From assembly GCA_964559985.1 (NCBI GenBank), contig CAZLJX010000007.1, positions 13-64,012 of the forward strand: a DNA stretch of 64,000 bases, written 5' to 3'. Each line of letters starts with the position of its first letter. The stretch's first letter is position 1. Shown in pieces: positions 1-9,983 of the stretch. The position numbers and the translations under genes were made by a program. Source of the DNA: an uncultured Bacteroidales bacterium (GTDB lineage: Bacteria > Bacteroidota > Bacteroidia > Bacteroidales > CAZLJX01). The notes under the pieces are model-generated. The model worked only from the letters and a program-made list of their open reading frames with translations, did not search any database and was not told the DNA's origin.

Positions 1-1051
1 CTTTAATCTGTTTAATACGGTCGGCGATATTTTTCTTTTCACCAGCTCCGTTTACAATGGTAGTATTGTCTTTATCGATGGTAATTTTTTCACAACGTCC
101 AAGCATATCTATTTTTGCTGCATCGAGCTTAAGACCTTTTTCTTCGGTAATAACCATACCGCCGGTAAGAATTGCAATATCTTCGAGCATTTCTTTACGA
201 CGATCGCCAAATCCAGGAGCTTTAACGGCAGCTACTTTCAATGTTCCTCTTAAACGGTTAACCACCAGGGTAGCCAGGGCTTCTCCATCAACATCTTCGG
301 CAATAATCATGAGGGGACGTCCGGTTTGTGCCACAGCCTCAAGTACCGGAAGCATATCTTTTAAAGTGGATATTTTTTTATCGTGAATCAGGATAAATGG
401 ATTTTCGAGGTCGGTTTCCATTTTCTCAGGGTTGGTAATAAAATAAGGTGAAATATATCCACGGTCAAACTGCATACCTTCAACTACCTCAACAGTTGTT
501 TCAATACCTTTGGCTTCTTCAACTGTAATAACCCCTTCTTTGTTGACTTTATGCATTGCTTCGGCTATCAGTTTCCCGATATCCGGGTCGTTATTGGCCG
601 ATATGGCAGCAACCTGTTCAATTTTCTGAAAATCATCACCAATTTCATGCGACTGGGCTTTCAGGCTTTCTATCACTTTGGCAACGGCTTTGTCAATACC
701 GCGTTTCAGGTCCATTGGATTGGCACCGGCAGTGACGTTTTTTAAACCCACTGCAATCATTGATTGTGCCAGCACGGTAGCTGTAGTAGTGCCATCACCT
801 GCATTATCAGAAGTTTTTGAAGCAACTTCTTTGACCATTTGGGCACCCATGTTCATCCATGGATCGGCAAGTTCAATTTCCTTGGCAACGGTAACCCCGT
901 CTTTGGTAATCTGCGGAGCACCAAATTTTTTCTCAATTACTACATTGCGTCCTTTCGGTCCCAATGTTACTTTTACTGCATTTGAAAGCTCGTCAACACC
1001 TTTTTTCAAAAGGTTACGGGCTTCGATATTGAATCTGATCTGTTTTCCCAT
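1..1051 (-). CDS. groL: Chaperonin GroEL (5' part; runs off the left edge of the window)
   Basis: Not in the ORF track. Manual translation from ATG at 1051: [37 protein letters not shown]...[13 protein letters not shown]...[13 protein letters not shown]...[15 protein letters not shown]; directly downstream of groES. Confidence 0.98.
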   Translation of the reverse strand, partial: MGKQIRFNIEARNLLKKGVDELSNAVKVTLGPKGRNVVIEKKFGAPQITKDGVTVAKEIELADPWMNMGAQMVKEVASKTSDNAGDGTTTATVLAQSMIAVGLKNVTAGANPMDLKRGIDKAVAKVIESLKAQSHEIGDDFQKIEQVAAISANNDPDIGKLIAEAMHKVNKEGVITVEEAKGIETTVEVVEGMQFDRGYISPYFITNPEKMETDLENPFILIHDKKISTLKDMLPVLEAVAQTGRPLMIIAEDVDGEALATLVVNRLRGTLKVAAVKAPGFGDRRKEMLEDIAILTGGMVITEEKGLKLDAAKIDMLGRCEKITIDKDNTTIVNGAGEKKNIADRIKQIK

Positions 1052-1078
1052 AATAAATAATTATTTAATTTTTAATTT

Positions 1079-1342
1079 TCAGATAATTGCTAATACATCG
1101 CTTTGCGACATAACCAGGTAATTTTTTCCGTCTACATTGATTTCGGTACCACTATATTTACCATAAAGAACAGTGTCGCCCGGTTTAATTTCCATGGGTT
1201 CATCTTTTTTTCCGGCCCCGGTCGAAATAACTTTTCCGGCTTGTGGCTTTTCTTTTGCCGAATCGGGAATGATAATGCCACTTGCGGTTTTTTCTTCAGC
1301 CGGAAGCGGCTCAACGATGATTTTATTCAAAATTGTTTTCAT
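1079..1342 (-). CDS. groS: Co-chaperonin GroES
   Basis: [19 protein letters not shown] mobile loop, [13 protein letters not shown]; adjacent to groEL. Confidence 0.98.
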   Translation of the reverse strand: MKTILNKIIVEPLPAEEKTASGIIIPDSAKEKPQAGKVISTGAGKKDEPMEIKPGDTVLYGKYSGTEINVDGKNYLVMSQSDVLAII

Positions 1343-1390
1343 AAATTTTATATTAATGATTAATTATGTTTTTTCCGAAGGTGCTCCTTT

Positions 1391-1406
1391 ACACAATTTG
1401 TGCCAA
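1391..1406 (-). promoter_or_regulatory. Possible sigma54-like -24/-12 element or palindromic operator upstream of groES
   Basis: Minus strand reads TTGGCACAAATTGTGT: perfect -24 TGGCAC, but GT instead of GC at -12. Also contains the palindrome CACAA-T-TTGTG (1392-1402). Confidence 0.3.
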
Positions 1407-1592
1407 AATTATTATTCCATGATTTTTAAACCATGCCGATGAACCTGGTTCCTTCTGCAAAAAACCATATCGTAAACGTAATTCACTGAATACTAAAATA
1501 TTTATTAGTTCTATCGTTTCCCAATATTTTATTTCAGGCTAAATATGGACGCGAATACCATTATATATATTGACAGATTTATTTAACGGTAT

Positions 1593-1628
1593 AAAAAAAA
1601 ACTGCCAGCATGTCAGCATACCGGCAGT
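1593..1628 (-). terminator. Intrinsic terminator after secG
   Basis: Minus strand ACTGCCGGTATG-CTGA-CATGCTGGCAGT hairpin (with G-U pairs) followed by a T-run. Confidence 0.8.
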
Positions 1629-1647
1629 TGAATGATGAATAATTTTT

Positions 1648-1980
1648 TTAATTATTATTTTGCTGGTCATTGGCCGGAGGAGTCTGTGCCGGAGTGGCTG
1701 GCAGGTTAATATTTTTAACCTGTTCTTCAATAGCCGATTGTTCGGTTTGGACTTCATCCCTGGGGATCAACATGGCAGCCAGCAGACATAATACAAAAAG
1801 GGTTGCAACAAGATACCAGGTAGCTTTTTCAAGAAAATCGGCCGATTTGCGTGCACCCATGATCTGGTTTGCTGCTGAAAAATTGGCAGCTAAACCGCCT
1901 CCTTTTGAATTCTGAACCAATACAAATAGTATGAGCAGAATACAAACAATAAAAATTAAAATGGAAACAATGATATACAT
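1648..1980 (-). CDS. secG: Preprotein translocase subunit SecG
   Basis: Two TM segments, VLVQNSKGGGL and FLEKATW motifs. Confidence 0.95.
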   Translation of the reverse strand: MYIIVSILIFIVCILLILFVLVQNSKGGGLAANFSAANQIMGARKSADFLEKATWYLVATLFVLCLLAAMLIPRDEVQTEQSAIEEQVKNINLPATPAQTPPANDQQNNN

Positions 1981-1981
1981 G

Positions 1982-2758
1982 TTATTTGATGGTTAAGTTA
2001 TTTTGATTTTGAATTAACTGTTTGATTTTTTCAATTTGGTCGGCAAAGTAAATACTTTTTTCCGGATATTTCAAACTTAAATTCTGATAGTTTATAATAG
2101 CCTTATGGTAAAGGCCTTGCTTAATATATATTTTTGCCAGGGTTTCGGAAAATAATTCCGGGGCCGGTTGTTCATCAAGAAGATCTTTTGAGGGTTGCAC
2201 TGCCTGAGAGGCAACAGGCACAATCCTTGGTTTTTCTTCGATGAATTTTTCAATCAGCAATTGTTTCCGTTCTTTTTGGCTATCATTACTTTTTAATTCG
2301 TCTTCAATCTTTGCATTGTCTGTATCATTTGCAGAAATATCAAAATGATCTTCCATTGATTCAACACCTTCAACGGGTTTGGTTTGTACAGGCTCTCCGG
2401 AAGGAGCATCATCAAGTAGTTCAAAATAGAAATCGTCAGGCCATTCTGGCTGGTCATGCTTGGTTTCCTGTGCCGGTTTAGGCATTGGTGATCTGGTTTC
2501 AAAAACAGCCTGAGTCGGGAAAAGAATTGTTTTGTTGAGCAGCAGGTATAATTTTTTACGACTGGGAACAGATATGGCAGTTTTTTTTAATTCTTCGTCA
2601 AATTTAATATGCCCGAGATTATGCAGACTTTTGGTGTAAAGCATCCGGGCGGCTCCGAAAAAAGGATATTCTTCAATAATCTGAACTAATTCGTGCCTGG
2701 CTCTTTCGTCAAGCAATTCGGGATATTCGAGGTATTGTCTGAACTGACTGATATTCAT
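1982..2758 (-). CDS. Conserved Bacteroidota hypothetical protein (TPR-like helical N- and C-terminal parts, acidic linker)
   Basis: YPFFGAARMLYTKSL N-terminus and FSETLAKIYIKQG...LKYPEKSIYFADQI C-terminus; lies between lptE and secG as usual in the phylum. Confidence 0.75.
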   Translation of the reverse strand: MNISQFRQYLEYPELLDERARHELVQIIEEYPFFGAARMLYTKSLHNLGHIKFDEELKKTAISVPSRKKLYLLLNKTILFPTQAVFETRSPMPKPAQETKHDQPEWPDDFYFELLDDAPSGEPVQTKPVEGVESMEDHFDISANDTDNAKIEDELKSNDSQKERKQLLIEKFIEEKPRIVPVASQAVQPSKDLLDEQPAPELFSETLAKIYIKQGLYHKAIINYQNLSLKYPEKSIYFADQIEKIKQLIQNQNNLTIK

Positions 2759-2764
2759 ATAATC

Positions 2765-3268
2765 TTACCAGTTTGCTACCGATTTATTAAAAATATCTTC
2801 CGTTAATTCTTCTACAATGCTTTCAATCAGCGATTCCTGGACATCTTCAAGGTTTTTACGGCTGTCGTAATCGGCATATCTCGAAAAACGAGATTCAAAA
2901 TTTTGTTTTGGATTGTACGCATTTGAAAATCTGACATTAACAACAATAGTAAGCCTGTTGAAAGCAGCCTGATCTCCACTCTGAATAGCAACCGGGCTGG
3001 TGTTGTAATCGACTATTTCGCCTTCAAAATTCAGATCGCCGGCCGAAGATACCAACAATAAACTGGTTTGGTTTAAAAACCTGTCTTTCAGTTTCTCGGA
3101 AAAAACAACAGCCAACCGCGGATGCACCAGGGGGGCATTGTTTGGAAACTCACTGACCGATACCGTTTTTACTTCGGGAGATATGGAGGCTCCCGTAAAA
3201 CTGTATTTTACAGTACAGGTTTCCATTACAAAACAACACAAAAACAGAATAAATACTCTTAAAATCAT
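2765..3268 (-). CDS. lptE: LptE-family (LPS assembly) lipoprotein
   Basis: Start moved to ATG 3268 (MILRVFILFLCCFVMETCTVKYSFTGASISPEVKTVSV...); the longer ORF-track version overlaps the upstream gene. Confidence 0.8.
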   Translation of the reverse strand: MILRVFILFLCCFVMETCTVKYSFTGASISPEVKTVSVSEFPNNAPLVHPRLAVVFSEKLKDRFLNQTSLLLVSSAGDLNFEGEIVDYNTSPVAIQSGDQAAFNRLTIVVNVRFSNAYNPKQNFESRFSRYADYDSRKNLEDVQESLIESIVEELTEDIFNKSVANW

Positions 3269-3272
3269 ATTA

Positions 3273-4511
3273 TTATTCCAGGTTATGTTCTTTGATTTTA
3301 CGATATAGTGTCCTTTCCGAAATTCCCAATTCATCGGCAGCAAGTTTTCTTTTTCCTTTATGCTTTTCCAGTGCTTTTTTAATAAATTCAATTTCCTTTT
3401 CAGTAAGCGATAAAGATTCTTCAATAATTTCTTCGGTGTCCTGAATATTCTGAATACCTATATCATTGGTCGCATAACCTGTTACGTGGGCAGTTTCGGG
3501 CGTAAGTTCAATTTTATTGTTGTCGGGGTTGATGATACGTTCAAAAACCGTATCGGTTCCTGCAGGCATTGCTACATCACCGGGGACATACTGCATCAGG
3601 GTATTTACAAGTCTTTTAAGTTCATTTACATCTTTTTTCATATCGAATAATACCTGGTACAATATTTCTCTTTCGGATGAAAAAGTCCTTTCGTCGGTTG
3701 TTTTAAGGCGTGCAGGTAAAAACGAAACATTAGAAGCAGGCAGGTAATTTTGAAGCGCACTGGCATTGATCAGGCGGTTCTGCTCAATGATTGAAATCTG
3801 CTCGGTGATATTTTTTAATTGTCTCACATTTCCGGGCCAGCTGTAACTCTCAAGCAAATGACGGGCGTCATCGGTAAGTTCAATCGGAGGCATCCGGTAT
3901 TTGTCAGCAAAATCGGAGGCAAATTTACGGAACAACAGATGAATATCTTCTTTGCGGTTGCGAAGCGGAGGAATAATGATAGGAACAGTGTTGAGCCGGT
4001 AAAAAAGATCTTCCCTGAATTTTCCGTTTGAAACCACTTCCATCATATTGACATTGGTAGCAGCTACAACCCTGACATTGGTTTTTTGAGTTTTTGACGA
4101 ACCCACCTTTAAATATTCTCCGGTTTCGAGTACCCTGAGTAGCCTTACCTGCGTTGATAGCGGGAGTTCAGCAACTTCGTCAAGAAAAATAGTTCCGCCG
4201 TTAGCTTCTTCAAAATATCCTTTACGGCTTTCGGTAGCTCCAGTAAAGGAGCCTTTTTCATGGCCAAACAATTCGCTGTCGATGGTTCCTTCAGGAATAG
4301 CTCCGCAGTTAACTGCAATATATTGCCCGTGTTTCCGGGCACTATACTGATGGACAATCTGCGGAAAGTTCTCTTTACCGGTGCCGCTTTCACCGGAAAT
4401 CAGTACCGACAGATCGGTAGGTGCAACCTGTATTGCAACCTCAATAGCACGATTTAAGGCACTGTTATTACCAATAATACCAAATCGTTGTTTAACCTGT
4501 TGAATATTCAT
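3273..4511 (-). CDS. Sigma54-dependent enhancer-binding protein (AAA+ plus Fis-type HTH) with no N-terminal regulatory domain
   Basis: Walker A GESGTGKE, ESELFGHEKGSFTGA (GAFTGA-like), Walker B FLDEV, FREDLFYRL, WPGNVRQL, C-terminal AADELGISERTLYRKIK. Confidence 0.95.
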   Translation of the reverse strand: MNIQQVKQRFGIIGNNSALNRAIEVAIQVAPTDLSVLISGESGTGKENFPQIVHQYSARKHGQYIAVNCGAIPEGTIDSELFGHEKGSFTGATESRKGYFEEANGGTIFLDEVAELPLSTQVRLLRVLETGEYLKVGSSKTQKTNVRVVAATNVNMMEVVSNGKFREDLFYRLNTVPIIIPPLRNRKEDIHLLFRKFASDFADKYRMPPIELTDDARHLLESYSWPGNVRQLKNITEQISIIEQNRLINASALQNYLPASNVSFLPARLKTTDERTFSSEREILYQVLFDMKKDVNELKRLVNTLMQYVPGDVAMPAGTDTVFERIINPDNNKIELTPETAHVTGYATNDIGIQNIQDTEEIIEESLSLTEKEIEFIKKALEKHKGKRKLAADELGISERTLYRKIKEHNLE

Positions 4512-4566
4512 AATGATCTTAATAACATGCCGGATTAATGTAAAAACCTCTAACCTGACATTTTGA

Positions 4567-4574
4567 CAAAGTTA
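4567..4574 (-). promoter_or_regulatory. Bacteroidota housekeeping promoter -7 element
   Basis: TAACTTTG on the minus strand ~55 bp upstream of the bEBP start; matches TAnnTTTG. Confidence 0.6.
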
Positions 4575-4650
4575 ATAATTTAAGTCAGAAAAATCAGAAT
4601 TTAAACGATAATTAAAATAACAGGAGCGGATAGGCAGCATTAAGTCAAAA

Positions 4651-6486
4651 CTACTCAACGGTTACTGATTTAGCCAGGTTTCTGGGCTGATCGACATTAC
4701 AGCCTCTCATTACGGCCATATGGTATGCCAGAATCTGCAAAGGCACTACTGTAAGCAAAGGCGATAAAGGTTCGGCTACTTCAGGGATTTCAAGGGTATA
4801 ATCGGCCATTTTGGAAATTGTATTGTCGTTTTCGTTGACAATAGCAATCACAATACCTTTTCTGGCCTTGACTTCCTGAATATTGCTGACAATTTTTTCA
4901 TACGTTGAATCTTTGATGGCTAATACCACAACCGGCATTTTTTCATCAATAAGGGCAATTGGGCCATGTTTCATTTCAGCTGCCGGATAGCCTTCGGCAT
5001 GGATATAGGAAATTTCTTTCAGTTTTAATGCTCCTTCAAGCGCAACAGGGAATAAATATCCTCTTCCGAGGTAAAGCGAATTGGAAGTAGATTTAAACAA
5101 TTGGGCAATGGTTTTATACTTTTCGTGATTTCCTAAAATTTTTTCAAGTTTTGATGGTATCTCATATAATTTCTCTATCAGCTTGTGATATTGATTGTTG
5201 CTTAAAACTTTCCGTTTAAAACCCAGCAAAATAGCCATCATGGCTAAAACAGTCACCTGGGCGGTAAATGCTTTGGTTGAAGCCACCCCTATTTCAGGTC
5301 CGGCATGGGTGTAAACACCTGCATCGGTTTCGCGTGGTATGCTCGAACCCACAACATTACAGATACCCAATACCAAGGCTCCGGCTTTTTTAGCCAGCCG
5401 TATGGCTGCAAGTGTATCGGCAGTTTCGCCGCTCTGGCTGATGGCAATAATAATATCATCTTTTGAAATAATCGGATTGCGGTACCGGAATTCAGATCCA
5501 TATTCCACTTCAACAGGAATACGCGATAACTCTTCAAAAAGATATTCTCCCACAAGGCCTGCATGCCATGATGTTCCACAACCAACAATAATGATTCGCT
5601 TTGCCTCGATAAGTCGTGGCAGCACATTAAACAGACCGCCAAGCTGAATATTTTTAAGATCCTGTGTAATACGTCCCCTAAATGTATCTTTGATTGCCCG
5701 GGGTTGTTCAAAAATTTCCTTCAGCATAAAATGATCGAACCCATTTTTGTCAATTTCACCAATTTCAAGGTCAACGGTTTGTACTTTTGGTTCGAGCAAA
5801 TCATTGCGTATGGTTTTTAGTGATAAGCCTTCACGTGTAAGTATGGCTATATCATCGTCGTTCAGATAAATTACCGAGTGGGTGTGTTCGACAATGGGAG
5901 TGGCATCTGAGGCAATAAAATATTCACCTTTGCCAACACCAATTACAAGGGGACTGCCCTTTCGTGCTGCAATAAGCATATTGGGCTCATCGCGGCAAAT
6001 AATAGCCAGACCATAAGCCCCAACAACTTTTGAAAGTGCCAGCCTTACTGCCATTTCGGCACTGATATTTCCTTTCAGGTAAATATATTCAATCAGGTTG
6101 GCAAGAATTTCAGTATCTGTTTCACTTTTAAAGCTGTAACCTCTGTTTTCCAGTTTTTCTTTCAGTCGTGCATAATTTTCAATAATGCCATTATGAATAA
6201 CAACAAAAATTCCGTTTTGCGATAAATGAGGATGAGCATTAACATCGCTGGGTTCGCCATGGGTTGCCCATCTTGTATGGCCAATACCGACTGTACTTTT
6301 GGTTTGGTTTTTTGGAATAAACGCTTCCAGGTCAGTGACTTTCCCTTTTTTCTTAAATATCTTTATTTCTTTGTTTATCAATGATATACCAGCTGAATCA
6401 TAACCTCTGTATTCAAGCCTTTTCAAACCATTAATAATAATAGGATAAGCCTGACGTGGCCCGATATAACCGACTATTCCGCACAT
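4651..6486 (-). CDS. glmS: Glutamine--fructose-6-phosphate aminotransferase (isomerizing)
   Basis: MCGIVG start, LEYRGYDSAG, GHTRWATHG, SQSGETADT, VASTKAFT, RNLAKSVTVE end. Confidence 0.99.
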   Translation of the reverse strand: MCGIVGYIGPRQAYPIIINGLKRLEYRGYDSAGISLINKEIKIFKKKGKVTDLEAFIPKNQTKSTVGIGHTRWATHGEPSDVNAHPHLSQNGIFVVIHNGIIENYARLKEKLENRGYSFKSETDTEILANLIEYIYLKGNISAEMAVRLALSKVVGAYGLAIICRDEPNMLIAARKGSPLVIGVGKGEYFIASDATPIVEHTHSVIYLNDDDIAILTREGLSLKTIRNDLLEPKVQTVDLEIGEIDKNGFDHFMLKEIFEQPRAIKDTFRGRITQDLKNIQLGGLFNVLPRLIEAKRIIIVGCGTSWHAGLVGEYLFEELSRIPVEVEYGSEFRYRNPIISKDDIIIAISQSGETADTLAAIRLAKKAGALVLGICNVVGSSIPRETDAGVYTHAGPEIGVASTKAFTAQVTVLAMMAILLGFKRKVLSNNQYHKLIEKLYEIPSKLEKILGNHEKYKTIAQLFKSTSNSLYLGRGYLFPVALEGALKLKEISYIHAEGYPAAEMKHGPIALIDEKMPVVVLAIKDSTYEKIVSNIQEVKARKGIVIAIVNENDNTISKMADYTLEIPEVAEPLSPLLTVVPLQILAYHMAVMRGCNVDQPRNLAKSVTVE

Positions 6487-6489
6487 AAC

Positions 6490-7782
6490 CTAAATGATTG
6501 AATAAGTTATTATTAATTTCATAGCCTTTGAACTTCCGTAGTTTTTTAATACAGCCTTTTGGACCCGGCTGCTGCTTTTATATGGGTGTAAATAAAACGA
6601 ACAACGGGTTTTGTGTTTCTCCATTAAATCCTGAAAAAACAATGGGATTAGAAATTCATATTGCTTTTTTGATGAATTATAGGTGGCACCATCATAGCTA
6701 TATCCGGTACTTGATTGCACAAGATAATCGGGAAGGTAAAATTCCGTTCCTGTCTCGTCAATTCCCTTGAGCACCAGTTTTTCGCACATGGTGAACGGCA
6801 ATTCTGCATTGAATGTTTCCACAGGCAGAATCAGGCTGGCTTTATTAATAACAATTTTCGGATTTTCGTAAAGAAAATCCAGTCCATTGATATCAATTCT
6901 GCTAATCAGGCTGTTGCCAGACATGATATAATAAACAGTATCGCTATAAGCTGTATCGTTTAAATACCGGCGAATTGGGTCTGAAAAGGAAGGCTGTGGA
7001 AAATTAAAGGTCGATCCGTAAAAAATAAAGTTATATTTGACGACTATTGCTGAATCAGCCGAATCACGGCTAAAATACATTGTAATATATGATTTTTTAG
7101 CCAGGTCGAATGAAACCACTGCAGAAGGTTCATTAGATTGATCTACTGCAAAATACAATCCTTTGAAAAAATTGTTGAATTCAGTCTGGCTGTGAAGTTT
7201 ACGATGATTCTCAACCATTTTGTCCATCAGGAATGTTGGCATTTTAAGGGTAATATTGCCGGTTTTGGGAATAAAATGTTGCTGCGCAAGCAATACCGGA
7301 TAAAACAGGTTATTTCTTGAAAGCTTCCCCCGGTAAGTGGTATCGAGATGGGTAATTTTTTCCCTGAGTTCGAAAACATTAAGGGTAAGTACTTTTGAAA
7401 CATCTCCGCTTGATCCGCTGATATTAAGGGTCATCAGCATGGAATCGCGGTTAAAATAAACTAATGTATCTGCAAGGGTTGTATCCACTTTTTCAAGATA
7501 AACTTCTGTCATGATTTCCGATACATGATTTCCGAAAACAGAATCATAAATTTTCCCAAAAACGGGTAAATCAGGTTTTACAAAAGCAGAATCATCGGCC
7601 ATTGTGCGGGCATGAATATTGGTGGTACTGTCGCGCACCACCTCAATGAGTGTCCCTTTGGGTTGAATATCCAGGCCTATAATACTTGAATCTTCTTTAC
7701 ATGAATGTTGTAATGAAACAGCAGCAACAATTAAAAAAAATAATGTTATTCTATTTGGATGAATTTGAAAGGATTTGGTCAT
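6490..7782 (-). CDS. DUF4270-family lipoprotein
   Basis: Signal plus QHSC lipobox from ATG 7782, then KEDSSIIGLDIQP; conserved position between glgA and glmS in Bacteroidota. Start uncertain (ORF extends to 7890). Confidence 0.7.
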   Translation of the reverse strand: MTKSFQIHPNRITLFFLIVAAVSLQHSCKEDSSIIGLDIQPKGTLIEVVRDSTTNIHARTMADDSAFVKPDLPVFGKIYDSVFGNHVSEIMTEVYLEKVDTTLADTLVYFNRDSMLMTLNISGSSGDVSKVLTLNVFELREKITHLDTTYRGKLSRNNLFYPVLLAQQHFIPKTGNITLKMPTFLMDKMVENHRKLHSQTEFNNFFKGLYFAVDQSNEPSAVVSFDLAKKSYITMYFSRDSADSAIVVKYNFIFYGSTFNFPQPSFSDPIRRYLNDTAYSDTVYYIMSGNSLISRIDINGLDFLYENPKIVINKASLILPVETFNAELPFTMCEKLVLKGIDETGTEFYLPDYLVQSSTGYSYDGATYNSSKKQYEFLIPLFFQDLMEKHKTRCSFYLHPYKSSSRVQKAVLKNYGSSKAMKLIITYSII

Positions 7783-8569
7783 AAAATGCCGAATAAGTAT
7801 CAATATAAGTATCGTTATTATGAAAAATATGAGGTTTTTTAATCGTTTCAACAAATTGCTGAATGGAATCATTAACCGGCTGGCTGACAAATATCACACC
7901 ATCTGAGTTCGAAATGCCGACTTTAAGAATATTTTCGTAATTGGCCGGGTCTAAAATTTTAAGATCTTTTTCAGTAATCCCTTCCATTTTTATTTTACGC
8001 TTAATGGTTTTGTCGAAAACCGTATCGTTTTCGTCGCCGTTATAAATTGAAAAAATAACTTTTGAATGGCTGAACAATGGATTTTCGTTATACGCTTTTT
8101 TGATATATAAAGGTACTATGCTGGTGAACCATCCGTGGCAATGTATAATATCCGGAGCCCAGCGAAGTTTTTTTGCAGTTTCAATTACCCCTTTGGCAAA
8201 AAATACCATCCGTTCGTCATTATCCTGGTAAAATTGCTGCGATTGATCTTTTAAAATAAACTTACGCTGAAAATAATCCTCATTATCAATAAAATAGACC
8301 TGCATCCTGGCCGACTGAATAGAGGCCACTTTAATAATCAATGGGTGGTCTGAATCATCTATAATCAGGTTCATCCCCGATAAGCGTATAACCTCATGCA
8401 ACTGGTTGCGTCTTTCGTTGATGCATCCGAATTTGGGCATAAAAGTTCTGATTTCCCTTCCCTTTTCCTGAATGGATTGGGGCAGATGACGGCTTATTAC
8501 CGACATTTCATTTTCAGGAAGGTAGGGTGTTATTTCCTGTGAAATGTAAAGTATTTTTGTTTTTTTCAT
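7751..8569 (-). CDS. Short glycogen/starch synthase-like GT5 N-terminal-domain protein (Bacteroidota type)
   Basis: KILYISQEITPYLPE, IRTFMPKFGCINERRNQLHEVIRLSGMNL, PDIIHCHGW. Confidence 0.85.
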   Translation of the reverse strand: MKKTKILYISQEITPYLPENEMSVISRHLPQSIQEKGREIRTFMPKFGCINERRNQLHEVIRLSGMNLIIDDSDHPLIIKVASIQSARMQVYFIDNEDYFQRKFILKDQSQQFYQDNDERMVFFAKGVIETAKKLRWAPDIIHCHGWFTSIVPLYIKKAYNENPLFSHSKVIFSIYNGDENDTVFDKTIKRKIKMEGITEKDLKILDPANYENILKVGISNSDGVIFVSQPVNDSIQQFVETIKKPHIFHNNDTYIDTYSAFYDQILSNSSK

Positions 8570-8619
8570 CGCAAGTTAAAATTGGCTGGCAATTGCTTAT
8601 ACATAAAAATCCGGTTTTG

Positions 8620-8627
8620 CAAAATTA
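8620..8627 (-). promoter_or_regulatory. Promoter -7 element for glgA-like/DUF4270/glmS
   Basis: TAATTTTG on the minus strand, 50 bp upstream of the start. Confidence 0.55.
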
Positions 8628-8758
8628 CGAAAATTTATGATATTCTCAATCTATACCTATAAAGTTGGATAACAGAACGAAATTACATAAGTAATATTTT
8701 AGTTTTGAAGTAATTTGTTTATTTTTTTACTTTGCACCTCTTTTTTATGTTTTAAATT

Positions 8759-9613
8759 ATGGATATTATCAATAAAGCGGATGAAATGCATCATGTGGTC
8801 GCAAAGGCAAGAACCAGAGGACTTACCATTGGTTTTATTCCTACGATGGGAGCCTTACATCCGGGGCATTTATCGCTGATGGAAAAATCGGTAAAAGCAG
8901 GCAATTACACCATTGTGAGCATTTATGTTAACCCGGCACAGTTTAACGATAAAACCGACTTTGTGAGGTATCCGAGAAGCCTGAAAAAAGATGTTGAATT
9001 AATTTCAACAATCAAATGTGATGTAGTGTTTGCCCCCGATGATGCAGAAATTTATCCCAAACCCGATAACCGCATTTTCGATTTCGGATACCTCGATAAA
9101 ATCATGGAAGGGAAGTACCGGCCCGGACATTTCAACGGTGTTGCAAAAGTTGTCAGCCGTCTTTTTGATATCGTAAAACCAGATATTGCCTATTTTGGAG
9201 AAAAAGATTTTCAACAGCTGGCTATCATCAGGGAAATGGTGAAAAAATTAAATTATCAGGTAAACATTACCGGATGCCCTATTTTCCGTGAACCGGACGG
9301 GCTGGCTATGAGTTCGAGAAATATGCTTCTTACACCGGAAATGCGACGTTTCTCGCCAGCCATTTACCAGGCTTTGAAAAAAGCTGAAGAATTTGTATTT
9401 TTAAAACCGGTAGATGAATGCAAAAAAATAGTAATTTCAGAAATTGAAAAAAATACCCGGTTAAAAACAGAGTATTTCGAAATTGTCGATAATGACAGCC
9501 TTGAGCCACTTACACAATGGAATTATAAAAAACCCGCCAGGGGTTGTGTGGCTGTACATGCCGGCGAAATAAGGCTGATTGATAATTTTTTGTACCATTT
9601 TAATAAAAGTTAA
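8759..9613 (+). CDS. panC: Pantoate--beta-alanine ligase
   Basis: PTMGALHPGHLSL (HIGH-like), SIYVNPAQF, RPGHFNGV, FGEKDFQQ, DGLAMSSRN, RLIDN. Confidence 0.98.
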   Translation: MDIINKADEMHHVVAKARTRGLTIGFIPTMGALHPGHLSLMEKSVKAGNYTIVSIYVNPAQFNDKTDFVRYPRSLKKDVELISTIKCDVVFAPDDAEIYPKPDNRIFDFGYLDKIMEGKYRPGHFNGVAKVVSRLFDIVKPDIAYFGEKDFQQLAIIREMVKKLNYQVNITGCPIFREPDGLAMSSRNMLLTPEMRRFSPAIYQALKKAEEFVFLKPVDECKKIVISEIEKNTRLKTEYFEIVDNDSLEPLTQWNYKKPARGCVAVHAGEIRLIDNFLYHFNKS

Positions 9614-9619
9614 AAGCCC

Positions 9620-9973
9620 ATGTTAATTGAAGTATTAAAATCAAAAATTCATAAAGTCACTGTTACCGAAGCCAACCTGAATTATGTGGGAAGTGTAACC
9701 ATTGATGAAGACCTGATGGAAGCTGCCAGCCTGATTGAAAACGAAAAAGTTCACGTACTTAACCTTAGCAATGGCGAAAGGCTTGAAACCTATGTAATTA
9801 AGGGGAAAAGAGGAAGTGGCGTCATTTGTATGAATGGCCCTGCTGCACGGAAAATACAGGTCGGAGATATCGTAATTATTTTATCGTTTGCTTATATGGA
9901 ATTGAGCGAAGCCCGCAATTTCAAACCCAGCCTGCTTTTTCCCGACACCAACACCAACAAACTTATTTCCTGA
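9620..9973 (+). CDS. panD: Aspartate 1-decarboxylase
   Basis: [17 protein letters not shown] cleavage site, [14 protein letters not shown]. Confidence 0.98.
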   Translation: MLIEVLKSKIHKVTVTEANLNYVGSVTIDEDLMEAASLIENEKVHVLNLSNGERLETYVIKGKRGSGVICMNGPAARKIQVGDIVIILSFAYMELSEARNFKPSLLFPDTNTNKLIS

Positions 9974-9983
9974 TTATTATAAT

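Noticed and set aside
57-1121. Plus-strand ORFs 57-386, 551-745 and 678-1121
   Set aside because: Antisense shadows of groEL. The same applies to the many short ORFs overlapping well-supported genes throughout the window.
2765-3424. ORF-track N-terminal extensions (lptE from 3424, radA from 10871, gldL from 22417, ppk2 from 27990, 33662, 43296)
   Set aside because: They overlap upstream genes or promoter/ncRNA elements; signal peptides and family N-termini point to the downstream starts given in the feature list.
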